The translations under genes and the position numbers were made by a program. The notes beneath the pieces are model-generated. The model ran no database searches. It saw only the letters and a list, made by a program, of their open reading frames with translations, and had not been told where the DNA came from. This document shows positions 41,506 through 52,361 of a stretch of DNA of 64,000 nt, one piece after another. Numbering within the stretch: the first letter of the stretch is position 1; each line of letters begins with the position of its first letter. The DNA is from Candidatus Rokuibacteriota bacterium (GTDB taxonomy: Bacteria > Methylomirabilota > Methylomirabilia > Rokubacteriales > CSP1-6): contig JACPIQ010000008.1 in the NCBI GenBank assembly GCA_016188005.1, positions 128,484-192,483 on the forward strand. The letters are read 5' to 3'.

Positions 41506-43603
41506 GCGGCTGCGCTTCATCTTCGGCGTCCACAACCACCAGCCGGTCGGGAACTTCGATGGGGTGATCGCCGAGGCAGTGGCTGGGGCGTACCACCCCT
41601 TCTTCGAGTGCGTGCAGCGCGAGGCGGATCTCCCGCTGGTCGTCCACTGCTCGGGCAGCCTCCTGGGCTGGATGCGTGAGCACGCCCGGCCGACCTTCGA
41701 CCTGCTGGGCCTGCTCGTGGCCTCCGGCCGCGTGGAGCTCCTGACGGGCGGGTTCTACGAGCCGATCCTGCCCATGCTCCCCGACTGGGACAAGCTCGGG
41801 CAGATCCAGCGGATGAACGACTTCCTGCGACAGAGCTTCGGGGTCCGCCCCCGGGGGCTCTGGCTGGCTGAGCGGGTGTGGGAACCCCACCTCCCCAAGG
41901 TGCTGTCGGAGGCGGGCGTGGAGTTCGTCGTCCTGGACGACCACCACTTCGCCCTGGCGGGGCTCGACCCCGGCACGCTCGGGGGCTACTACCTCACCGA
42001 GGAGCAGGGGGCGCCCCTGGCGATCTTCCCCATCAGCGAGCGACTGCGCTACCTCATCCCCTTCGCGGAGCCCGGCGAGGCCCTCCGCCACCTCGAGGCC
42101 CGCGGCGACGTGGGAAGCGTCACGCTGGTCGACGACGGCGAGAAGTTCGGCGTCTGGCCAGGCACCCACCGCCTCGTCTACGACGAGGGATGGCTCCGGC
42201 GCTTCTTCGACGCGCTGCGGTCGGCCCCGTGGCTCGAGCTGTCGACCTTCTCGCGGCTGCTGGACGGGACCCGCGCGCGCGGGCGCGTCTACCTGCCCTC
42301 GGCCTCGTACAGCGAGATGGGCGCCTGGGCGCTGCCCGCCGCTGCCGGCGAGGAGCTCGAGGAAGCCCGCCAGCGTCTGGCCGCGCTGCCCGACGGCGAC
42401 CGGCTGCGACGGCTCCTGCGCGGCGGACCGTGGCGGAACTTTCTCGTGAAGTACCCGGAGGTGGCCGACGCCTACTGGAAGATGCTGGACCTGTCGCGGC
42501 GTATCCAGCGCGGCCTCGAGGCCCGCCCGGGGGACAGCGGTCTCCTCGCCGCACGCGAGCGGCTGTGGCAGGGGCAGGCCAACGACGCGTACTGGCACGG
42601 GGTCTTCGGCGGCTGCTACCTGCCGCACCTGCGCCGGGCGGTACGCTCGGCGCTGGTCGGGGCCGAGGCCCGGCTGGGGGCGGACGGGAGCGGGCCGCCC
42701 CCGCGGTGGGAGGCCCGGGACCGGAACGGCGACGGCCGCGTGGAGGTGCGCGTCTGCACCCGGCAGCTGACGCTCACGCTCTGCCCGGAGTCCGGGGGCG
42801 CGCTGACGGAGCTGGCCTTCCTGCCGCTCTGCTTCGACGCGGCGGACGTGCTGGGCCGGCGCCGGGAGGCGTACCACGCGCGGATCAAGGAGACGGCAGC
42901 AACGCCAGCGCGGGAGGGTGGGCCCGCGCTGAGCATCCACGAGCGGCTTGAGGCGAAGGAGAGCGGACTCTCGGGGCTCCTGCAGTACGACGTCTTCCGG
43001 CGCGCCTCGCTGCTGGACGGCCTCTTTCCGGCCGCGGGACCTCTCGATGCCCTCTCCCCGTGGGACGCCGCCCTCCTCGCCGGCCCCCGGCTGACGATGT
43101 CGCATGCTGTGCGCGAGTCGAATGGCGTGATCCGCGTGCTCCTGGACGTCGCGCGCGCGGGGGACCTGCCGCTCCGCCTCGAGAAGTCCGTGACCGTCCA
43201 CGCCGAGGGCGCCCGCCTCACGGTGGGCTACCGGCTCGAGTGGACGGGCACCGAGGGCCTTGCGGGGCGCTGGGGCGTGCAGTTCAACCTGGCACTCAGC
43301 GCGGGCGAGGCGCCGGGCCGCTACTACCGGCTGCCCGGCCGGCCGTCGCTGGGTAGTCGCGGCGCGCTCGAGGGACAGCGCGGGCTGGCGCTGGTGGACG
43401 AATGGCTGGGCGAGGAGGTGGGGATCCACTGGGCCGCACCCGCCGAGGTCGGCTGGGCCCCCGTGGAGACCGTGTCGCTCTCAGAAACGGGCTTCGAGCG
43501 CATCCACCAGGGGTCGGCGATCCTGCTGGCGTGGCCAGTGCGCCTCGAGCCGGGCGGGAGCCACGAGCTGGCCTTCGACGTGGTGGTGCGGGCGCTGGCG
43601 TAG
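41498..43603 (+). CDS. GH57 alpha-amylase/4-alpha-glucanotransferase
   Basis: [17 protein letters not shown] (nucleophile Glu), [10 protein letters not shown] (acid/base Asp), [13 protein letters not shown]. Confidence 0.9.
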   Translation: MSERLRFIFGVHNHQPVGNFDGVIAEAVAGAYHPFFECVQREADLPLVVHCSGSLLGWMREHARPTFDLLGLLVASGRVELLTGGFYEPILPMLPDWDKLGQIQRMNDFLRQSFGVRPRGLWLAERVWEPHLPKVLSEAGVEFVVLDDHHFALAGLDPGTLGGYYLTEEQGAPLAIFPISERLRYLIPFAEPGEALRHLEARGDVGSVTLVDDGEKFGVWPGTHRLVYDEGWLRRFFDALRSAPWLELSTFSRLLDGTRARGRVYLPSASYSEMGAWALPAAAGEELEEARQRLAALPDGDRLRRLLRGGPWRNFLVKYPEVADAYWKMLDLSRRIQRGLEARPGDSGLLAARERLWQGQANDAYWHGVFGGCYLPHLRRAVRSALVGAEARLGADGSGPPPRWEARDRNGDGRVEVRVCTRQLTLTLCPESGGALTELAFLPLCFDAADVLGRRREAYHARIKETAATPAREGGPALSIHERLEAKESGLSGLLQYDVFRRASLLDGLFPAAGPLDALSPWDAALLAGPRLTMSHAVRESNGVIRVLLDVARAGDLPLRLEKSVTVHAEGARLTVGYRLEWTGTEGLAGRWGVQFNLALSAGEAPGRYYRLPGRPSLGSRGALEGQRGLALVDEWLGEEVGIHWAAPAEVGWAPVETVSLSETGFERIHQGSAILLAWPVRLEPGGSHELAFDVVVRALA

Positions 43604-43622
43604 CGCCCGGCCGGGAATTCCC

Positions 43623-43651
43623 TTGAGCGCTCCGTGTCGCTGTGCTAACGT
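43623..43651 (+). promoter_or_regulatory. sigma70 promoter of metK
   Basis: TTGAGC-N17-TAACGT with TG extension. Confidence 0.55.
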
Positions 43652-43697
43652 GGCGTGCCTGCACGCTAAAACGAGTGTCCACCGAGGGGGGAATGCA

Positions 43698-44849
43698 ATG
43701 GCACGTGAGGAGTACCTGTTCACATCGGAATCGGTGACGGAAGGCCATCCGGACAAGATCGCCGACCAGATCTCCGACGCCGTACTGGATGCCATCCTGG
43801 CGCAGGACCCGACGGGGCGGGTTGCCTGTGAGTCGCTCCTGACCACGGGGCTCGTGGTGGTGGCGGGCGAGATCACCACGTCCTGCTACGTGGACATCCC
43901 GAAGGTGGTGCGCGAGACCATCAGGGACGTCGGGTACACGCGCGCGAAGTACGGCTTCGACTACGAGACCTGCGGCGTCATCACGGCCATCGACGAGCAG
44001 TCGTCGGACATCGCCATGGGCGTGGACGCGCTCGGCGCGGGCGATCAGGGCCTCATGTTCGGCTACGCCTGCACCGAGACCGACGAGCTCATGCCGATGC
44101 CCATCACGCTGGCCCACAAGCTGGCGCGCCGGCTGTCGACGGTGCGCCGGGCCGGCACGCACGACTACCTCCGTCCGGACGGCAAGAGCCAGGTCTCCGT
44201 CCGGTACGTGGACGGCCGACCGGTGTCGGTGGAGACGGTGGTCATCTCGACCCAGCACGGCCCCGACGTGACACTGGAGCGGATCCGGGAGGAGATGATC
44301 CACGACGTGATCCTCCCCACGCTCCCGCCGCACCTGGTGGACCCCAAGACGATCACCTACCACATCAATCCCACCGGGCGCTTCGTGACGGGTGGCCCGA
44401 TGGGGGACACGGGCCTCACGGGGCGCAAGATCATCGTGGACACCTACGGCGGCTCCTGCCCGCACGGCGGGGGCGCCTTCTCGGGGAAGGACCCGACGAA
44501 GGTGGATCGGTCGGCCTGCTACATGGCGCGGCACGTCGCGAAGAACATCGTGGCGGCGGGGCTGGCACAGCGGGTACAGGTCCAGGTGGCTTACGCCATC
44601 GGCGTGGCCGAGCCGGTGTCCGTCATGGTCGAGACCTTCGGGACGGGGAAGGTGCCCAACGCGAAGCTCGAGCAGATGATCCGGCGGCACTTCGACTTCA
44701 CGCCGGCGGGGATCATCAAGTACCTCACCCTGCGCCGGCCCATCTACAAGAAGACGGCCGCCTACGGACACTTCGGCCGCAGCGAGCCGGAGTTCACCTG
44801 GGAACGTACGGACCGCGTGAAAGACCTCCGCGACGACGCCGGCCTCTGA
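43698..44849 (+). CDS. metK: S-adenosylmethionine synthase
   Basis: [28 protein letters not shown]. Confidence 0.98.
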   Translation: MAREEYLFTSESVTEGHPDKIADQISDAVLDAILAQDPTGRVACESLLTTGLVVVAGEITTSCYVDIPKVVRETIRDVGYTRAKYGFDYETCGVITAIDEQSSDIAMGVDALGAGDQGLMFGYACTETDELMPMPITLAHKLARRLSTVRRAGTHDYLRPDGKSQVSVRYVDGRPVSVETVVISTQHGPDVTLERIREEMIHDVILPTLPPHLVDPKTITYHINPTGRFVTGGPMGDTGLTGRKIIVDTYGGSCPHGGGAFSGKDPTKVDRSACYMARHVAKNIVAAGLAQRVQVQVAYAIGVAEPVSVMVETFGTGKVPNAKLEQMIRRHFDFTPAGIIKYLTLRRPIYKKTAAYGHFGRSEPEFTWERTDRVKDLRDDAGL

Positions 44850-44865
44850 GCCGGACGGCGCATAG

Positions 44866-46185
<1,320 letters not shown>

Positions 46186-46220
46186 GCCCGGCTCGCGGGG
46201 GCCGGGCGCGGGAGGGCGGA

Positions 46221-48950
46221 ATGGCCAGGGGGCAGCATCCTCGAGCGATGGTGTGGATTCTCGTTGCCTTCCTGGTGCTGGGGGTCGTGGGCCAGGCGGT
46301 CCCCCTCTACACCGACTGGCTCTGGTTCCACGAGGTCGGCTTCCCGCAGGTCTTCACCACCATGCTGGCGCTGCGGGGCTGGCTCGTGCTGGGCCTGGGC
46401 GCAGCGGTCTTCGCCTTCCTCTTCGCGAACCTCTGGGTGGCGGCGCGGACCGCCCCCCCCGACGTGCTCTGGGAGCTCGAGGACCAGCTGGGCCTGCCCG
46501 GCCGCGCGGTGCTGGAGCCCCTGGTGCGGCGGCTGCTGCTGCCGGTCATCGCGGTCATCGCGCTCGCCGCCGGGGCCCGGGGCAGCGGCGAGTGGGACAC
46601 CCTCCTGCAATACCTCAACGCGACCCCGTTCGGGCGGACGGATCCGCTCTTCAACCGCGACATCGGCTTCTACGTCTTCCAGCTCCCGTTCTGGCGGCTG
46701 CTGTACGGCTGGGCCATGGCGCTCTGCATCGGGACGCTGGTGCTCACGGCCGCCGTGTACGTGCTCCAGCGCAGCGTGGTGCTCACGGCGGGGGGGCCGC
46801 GGCTGGCCGCCGGAGCGCGGACGCATCTCCTGGGCCTCGGCGCGCTGCTGCTCGTGCTTCGGGGGGCGGGCTTCTGGCTGGACCGGTACGATCTCCTGTA
46901 CTCCGCGCGGGGCTTCGTCTTCGGGGCCTCCTACGGCGACGTGAACGCCTCCCTTCCGGTCCTCCAGGCGCTGGCGGTGCTGGCCGTCCTCTGCGCGGGG
47001 GCCTGCGTGGTGCAGATGCGGCGGCCCGGCTGGCTCTTCCTCGTGGCGGGGCTCGTGGTCCTGGCCGTGGTGTGGATCGGCGGGCTGGGGGTGTACCCCG
47101 CGCTCCTCCAGCGCTTCCGGGTGGCGCCCAACGAGCTGGTCGCCGAGGGCCCGTACATCCAACACAGCATCCGGATGACGCGCCAGGCCTACGGCATCGA
47201 CCGGGTCGAGGAGAAGGAGTTCCGCGCGGACGAGAGCCTGAACCCCGCCGCGCTGGAGCGCAACAACCTCACGGTCAAGAATATCCGCCTCTGGGACCAC
47301 CGGCCGCTGCTGACGACGTACGGGCAGCTCCAGGAGATCCGCACCTACTACAAGTTCCTCGACGTGGACAACGACCGCTACATGATCGGCGGTGAGTACC
47401 GCCAGGTGATGCTCTCGCCGCGCGAGCTGTCCTACAAGCACCTGCCGGGCCAGGGGCAGAGCTGGATCAACGAGCACCTGACCTACACCCACGGCTACGG
47501 GCTCGTGGTGGGCCCCGTGAACCGCATCAGCCCCGAGGGGCTGCCGGAGTTCTTCGTGAAGGACATCCCGCCGGCGGCGAGCGGCTTTCTGAAGATCACG
47601 CGGCCGGAGATGTACTACGGCGAGTCGGGCAACGAGTACGTGTTCGTGCGGACGAAGTCGCAGGAGCTCGACTACCCGTCCGGCGATCAGAACGTCTACG
47701 GGGTGTACGCCGGGCGCGGCGGGATCGCCGTGGACTCGCTGCTGAAGAAGCTCGCCTTCGCGGCCCGCTTCGGCGAGATCAAGGTGCTCCTCTCGGACGA
47801 CCTGACCAGCGAGAGCCGCGGGATGATCTACCGGGAGATCGGCGGCCGGGTCCGCCAGGCGGCGCCGTTTCTCCGGTTCGACCGGGACCCGTATCTGGTC
47901 GTGACGGAGGACGGGCGCCTGGTCTGGATGATCGACGGCTACACGACCAGCGACCGCTACCCCTACGCCCAGCCGGTGCGGGGGGTCGGCAACTACATCA
48001 GGAACTCGGTGAAGGCCACCGTGGACGCCTTCCACGGGACGCTGACCTACTACATCGCCGACCCCGAGGACCCCGTGATCCGCACCTGGGCGAAGGCCTT
48101 CCCCGGGCTCTTCCGGCCCCTGGACCAGATGCCGAAGGACCTCCAGGCTCACGTGCGCTACCCCGAGGATCTCTTCACGATCCAGGCGCAGATGTACGCG
48201 ACGTACCACATGGAGGACCCGCAGGTCTTCTACAACAAGGAAGACCTGTGGACGATCCCCCGCCGCCAGCAGGATGCGCGCACGGCGTCCGAGATGGAGC
48301 CCTACTACACCGTCATGCGGCTGCCGGGAGAGCCCCGGGAGGAGTTCGTGCTCCTCAACGCGTTCAACCCGAGCCGCCGCGACAACATGATCGCCGTCAT
48401 GGCGGCGCGCTCGGACGCGCCGAACTACGGAAGCCTCCTGGTCTACATGTTTCCGAAACAGAAGCTCGTCTACGGCCCGCGCCAGATCGACGCCCGGATC
48501 GACCAGGACCCGGTGATCTCCCAGCAGCTCTCGCTCTGGAACCAGCAGGGCTCGCGCGTCCTCCGCGGCTCGCTCCTGGCCATTCCCATCGACCACTCGC
48601 TGGTCTACGTCCAGCCACTCTACCTCTCGGCGACGGAGCAGGGAGCGCTGCCCGAGCTCCGCCGTGTCATCGTGGCCTACGGCAACCAGATCGCGATGGA
48701 GCCGACGCTGGAGCAGTCGCTGGGGCGCATCTTCGGCGCCCGCGTCCGCGGCGACGAGGTGGCGGCGCGGCCGCGCGAGGCCACGGCCGGCCCGCCCCCG
48801 CCGGACACCGGCCTCCGCCCCCTGGTGCAGCGGGCCTGGGAGGTGTGGCAGAAGGGGCAGGAGGCGCTCCGCCGCGGCGACTGGACCGCCTACGGCCAGG
48901 AGCAGAAGCGGCTGGAGGAGACGCTGCGCCAGCTACGCGAGGGCCGCTAG
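46221..48950 (+). CDS. UPF0182 family membrane protein
   Basis: YTDWLWF, DPLFNRDIGFYVF, NIRLWD, YTHGYG, NYIRNSVKA, YGPRQI. Confidence 0.92.
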   Translation: MARGQHPRAMVWILVAFLVLGVVGQAVPLYTDWLWFHEVGFPQVFTTMLALRGWLVLGLGAAVFAFLFANLWVAARTAPPDVLWELEDQLGLPGRAVLEPLVRRLLLPVIAVIALAAGARGSGEWDTLLQYLNATPFGRTDPLFNRDIGFYVFQLPFWRLLYGWAMALCIGTLVLTAAVYVLQRSVVLTAGGPRLAAGARTHLLGLGALLLVLRGAGFWLDRYDLLYSARGFVFGASYGDVNASLPVLQALAVLAVLCAGACVVQMRRPGWLFLVAGLVVLAVVWIGGLGVYPALLQRFRVAPNELVAEGPYIQHSIRMTRQAYGIDRVEEKEFRADESLNPAALERNNLTVKNIRLWDHRPLLTTYGQLQEIRTYYKFLDVDNDRYMIGGEYRQVMLSPRELSYKHLPGQGQSWINEHLTYTHGYGLVVGPVNRISPEGLPEFFVKDIPPAASGFLKITRPEMYYGESGNEYVFVRTKSQELDYPSGDQNVYGVYAGRGGIAVDSLLKKLAFAARFGEIKVLLSDDLTSESRGMIYREIGGRVRQAAPFLRFDRDPYLVVTEDGRLVWMIDGYTTSDRYPYAQPVRGVGNYIRNSVKATVDAFHGTLTYYIADPEDPVIRTWAKAFPGLFRPLDQMPKDLQAHVRYPEDLFTIQAQMYATYHMEDPQVFYNKEDLWTIPRRQQDARTASEMEPYYTVMRLPGEPREEFVLLNAFNPSRRDNMIAVMAARSDAPNYGSLLVYMFPKQKLVYGPRQIDARIDQDPVISQQLSLWNQQGSRVLRGSLLAIPIDHSLVYVQPLYLSATEQGALPELRRVIVAYGNQIAMEPTLEQSLGRIFGARVRGDEVAARPREATAGPPPPDTGLRPLVQRAWEVWQKGQEALRRGDWTAYGQEQKRLEETLRQLREGR

Positions 48951-48959
48951 CCGTCGCGC

Positions 48960-51269
48960 CTACGTGCGGGCGCGGAGGAAGAGTGCCGCCCCGAGCCCGG
49001 CGAAGACGATGTTGGCCGTCCAGGCGGCCAGGATGGGGGGCAGGAGATCCGCCTTGGCGAAGGCCAGCGCCATGGAGTGGACGACCCAGTACCCCACCGA
49101 GATGACCAGGGCGACGCCGACGCCGGCCGCGCGGCCGCCGCTGCGCGGGGCCACCAGCGCGAAGGGGATGGCCACCAGCGCCATGATCACGTGGATCACC
49201 GGGAAGGACAGCTTCGAGTACAGCCCCACGACGTACTTGCCCACGTGGTGCCCGCTCTCCTGGAGCTTCGTCACGTAGCTCCTGAGCTCACGGAAGCTCA
49301 TGGCGTCGGGGGGCTTCTGCACGCTGGTGAAGTCGTCCATGGTCTCGGGCATCTGCGCCGTCGTGCGCGTGAAGGCCTGGGACTCGACGCGGTTCTGCCC
49401 GGTGATCTCCCGCAGGACGCCGTCCGACAGCTCCCACGCGCTGCCGCGCCACCGGGCCTTCCTGGCGTCGAGCCGGGTCGTCAGGCGGAAGCTCGGGTCG
49501 ATCTCCAGGACGAGCAATCCCTCCGCCGACTGCTCCACGGGGTCCAGCAGCTCCATGCGGAAGAAGCGGGTGTCCGAGGAGCGGTACCAGATCTGGTTAC
49601 GCTTCTGCAGGTGGCGCGGCAGGCCCCCGCGGATCTTGACCCGGTCCACCTCCTCGGCCCTGGCATTGAGGCCCGGCAGGAGCGTCTCCTGGAAGGTCAC
49701 CGCGCCGAGGCTGACGCCGGCGGTCAGCAGCAGGACCGGCAGGCTCACCCGGTAGAGGCTCACGCCGGCGGCCTTGAGGGCGTCGAGCTCCCGCTGGCGG
49801 GTGAGGGAGAGGAAGAGGAAGACGGTGGCCATGAGGACCACGATGGGCAGCCCGTCGTAGAGCGCTCCCGGCAGACGGAAGGCGAAGTGCTGCAGGATGT
49901 ACGCGAGCGGGGGCTTGACGCGCAGGAAGCGATCCAGCGTCTGCAGGAGATCCACCACGACGAACAGGACCGCGCCGATCGCAAGGCCGATCCCCAGGAA
50001 CTTCAGGTACTCGCGGAGGAGATACCGGTCGAGGAGGAAGGTGGAGCCGCGGGACTTGCGGGCAGGCGCCGGCCCCCGGGGCGCGCCGGGGCCCGGGGCT
50101 GGCCGCCGGAGAGGGGCCAGCAGGTCGCGGAGCCTCCACAGGAGGCGCATCCAGACCGCCGGCGTCGCCAGCGTCGTGGCACGGAGGAGACTCGCGCCCC
50201 CGAGGAAGAAAAGGAGGTTGGGCAGCCAGACGGCGGACCACGCCGGGAGCCGGCCCCGGAGCGCGGTGCCCTCGAGGGAAGTGAAGACGACGTAGTAGGA
50301 CATGACGATCGCGAGGCTCGCGGCCAGCGCCGCGCCGCGCCCGCCGCGGTGCGAGCGGACGGCCAGCGGGTAGCCGACCATCACGAAGACGAGCGCGGCC
50401 GCAGGCAGCGCGAGGCGCTTGTGGAACTCCACGAAATACGGCGCGGCGATCTGGCCGAGGCGTTCGAGCTCGTGCGCGCGCTGCAGGAGCGCCCGGAGAG
50501 GGAGGTCACGCTCGGGCTTCTCGGACTGGGCGACCGCGGCCAGCGGGGATTCCAGCGGCAGGGTCATGTCGTAAAGGGCGAAGGCGGTGTACCGGGCGCG
50601 GCGCGCATCCGCCACGTCGCTCTCGCTGATCTGCCCGTCCAGGAAACGCAGGGTGATGCGCCCGCGCGCCTCGTCGGTGAGGATCCGCCCCTCCCTCGCG
50701 ACGATGATCCGCGAGAGTGCCGCATTGCGCTCGTCGGCGACCAGGAGTCCCTTGAGCGCCCGCTGGGAGGGGGTGATCTCCTGCACGTAGATGGTGAACT
50801 GGCCGAAGGAGGCGCTGAAGGTCCGCTCCTTGATGCCCGTGGTGGCGCGGGACTGGAGGATCCTGAACAGCTGGCGCTGGAAGGCGCCGTTGGACCACGG
50901 GTTCACGACGAGCGTGAGCGAGGCCGAGGCCAGGGTGACGAGGAGCGCGGCGACGAGAAAGGGCCGGAAGAGACGGAGCGGGCTCACGCCGCAGGCCCGG
51001 AGCGCCGTGACCTCGAGGTCGGCGGCGAGACGCCCGCCCGCGATCAGGGCCGCCACGAGGAGCGCCATGGGGAGGGTGAGCACGAGGAAGGACGGCAGCA
51101 TGGAGACCAGGAGCGACAGGACCAGGTGGAACGGGACCCCCTTGGTGATGACGAGGTCCGTGAGGTGGTAGATGCGGTCGATGACGAGGAAGAACGTGAA
51201 GACGGCCACCCCCGTGACGAACGGCGCGAAGAGCTCCTTGAAGACGTAGCGGTCGAGGGTGGCCAACAT
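48960..51269 (-). CDS. lptFG: Fused LptF-LptG LPS export permease
   Basis: Two tandem LptF/G units (TLDRYVFKE... and LLDRYLLRE...), each with an EAA-like motif (ALRACGVS, ALKAAGVS) and a late WLPN/WTAN motif, in one frame. Confidence 0.9.
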   Translation of the reverse strand: MLATLDRYVFKELFAPFVTGVAVFTFFLVIDRIYHLTDLVITKGVPFHLVLSLLVSMLPSFLVLTLPMALLVAALIAGGRLAADLEVTALRACGVSPLRLFRPFLVAALLVTLASASLTLVVNPWSNGAFQRQLFRILQSRATTGIKERTFSASFGQFTIYVQEITPSQRALKGLLVADERNAALSRIIVAREGRILTDEARGRITLRFLDGQISESDVADARRARYTAFALYDMTLPLESPLAAVAQSEKPERDLPLRALLQRAHELERLGQIAAPYFVEFHKRLALPAAALVFVMVGYPLAVRSHRGGRGAALAASLAIVMSYYVVFTSLEGTALRGRLPAWSAVWLPNLLFFLGGASLLRATTLATPAVWMRLLWRLRDLLAPLRRPAPGPGAPRGPAPARKSRGSTFLLDRYLLREYLKFLGIGLAIGAVLFVVVDLLQTLDRFLRVKPPLAYILQHFAFRLPGALYDGLPIVVLMATVFLFLSLTRQRELDALKAAGVSLYRVSLPVLLLTAGVSLGAVTFQETLLPGLNARAEEVDRVKIRGGLPRHLQKRNQIWYRSSDTRFFRMELLDPVEQSAEGLLVLEIDPSFRLTTRLDARKARWRGSAWELSDGVLREITGQNRVESQAFTRTTAQMPETMDDFTSVQKPPDAMSFRELRSYVTKLQESGHHVGKYVVGLYSKLSFPVIHVIMALVAIPFALVAPRSGGRAAGVGVALVISVGYWVVHSMALAFAKADLLPPILAAWTANIVFAGLGAALFLRART

Positions 51270-51293
51270 GCCCCCATATTGTACGATAGCGCC

Positions 51294-52352
51294 GTGAGGG
51301 CCTGGAGGGTGTGTGCCATCGCCGCGCTGGCCGGGGTGGTCCTGGCGGCGGCGCCGGTCCCGGCGCGGGATCGACTCGACCGGCTCCAGGAACTTGTCCG
51401 CCAGGCCCGGGAGGCGGCCCCGGAGGCGCTCGCGGCGGAGCTGGCGGCGCTCGTGGACGAGGAGATCCTGGAGAACCTGAGGAGCGGCGGCCTGTTCGCC
51501 TCCGAGGCGTTCATCCAGGAGCGGCTCGACACGCTCACGGGGGCGTGGGGCGGGGCGCGCTTTGCCGTGTTGCGCCTGCCGCGCGGCGGGCCGGCCGGCG
51601 TGGCGCGAGGCGAGACCACGGTCGGCCTCTACGCGCTGGAGGGAGTCGGGGGCACGGGGTCGGTTCGCGTCTTTTCCTCTGGAGCAGGAGCCGCTGCGCT
51701 CCTCGGCAGCGTCACCCACGAAGGCACCCCGCAGCTACACGAGTGGCCGCCGGCGGCCGACGGCGCCCCGCAGCTCGCGCTGAGCTGGCTCGGGCGCGGG
51801 GAGGGCGGCGGCAGGCGGCTCCGGGTCGAGATCTGGCGGCGCGACGGGAGCGCCCTCTCCCGCGTGTGGAGCACGGAGGAGGCCGTCGGCGCGGGGCTCG
51901 TGGCATCGGAGGCCCGCATCGCGCGTGGCGAGGTGCGGCTGCGGTACGCGGCGCGCTACGCCGGCTGGAAGCCCGGCTGCGAGGGGCAGACGGAGCACGA
52001 GGATCTGTACCGCGCGGGCGCGATGGCACGGGGGGTGGCCCTGGCGCGCCGCCGTGTCGTCAATGGCTGGCACCGGGAGCTGCAAGGGGCGGTGGCCCGC
52101 TTCTTCGACGCCCTCGAGCGGCACGACCGCCGCGCGCTGGCGCAGCTGGTGCCGGAGCCGCCGCTCCGCGCCAGGATCCCGCAAGGGCTCGTGGCCGAGC
52201 CGGCCTGCGAGATGCGGCCGCCCGAGTCGCCGGAGGCGGTGGTCGTCGCGGCGACCGAGGAGGGGCCGTCCCGGCGGACGCCCTGGTCGCTGTGGTGGCG
52301 TCGCCACGGGCGGAGCTGGCGCCTGACCGCGGCGGCCCCCGTGCTACAATGA
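51294..52352 (+). CDS. Hypothetical secreted protein
   Basis: GTG start and a signal peptide (AIAALAGVVLAAAPVPA). No recognised domain. Confidence 0.7.
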   Translation: MRAWRVCAIAALAGVVLAAAPVPARDRLDRLQELVRQAREAAPEALAAELAALVDEEILENLRSGGLFASEAFIQERLDTLTGAWGGARFAVLRLPRGGPAGVARGETTVGLYALEGVGGTGSVRVFSSGAGAAALLGSVTHEGTPQLHEWPPAADGAPQLALSWLGRGEGGGRRLRVEIWRRDGSALSRVWSTEEAVGAGLVASEARIARGEVRLRYAARYAGWKPGCEGQTEHEDLYRAGAMARGVALARRRVVNGWHRELQGAVARFFDALERHDRRALAQLVPEPPLRARIPQGLVAEPACEMRPPESPEAVVVAATEEGPSRRTPWSLWWRRHGRSWRLTAAAPVLQ

Positions 52353-52361
52353 CGCCCCGTC

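Noticed and set aside
43653-43690. SAM riboswitch upstream of metK (hairpin GCGTG/CACGC followed by GCTAAA)
   Set aside because: The leader after the predicted promoter is only about 40 nt, and the SAM-I/II/V core elements are not recognisable.
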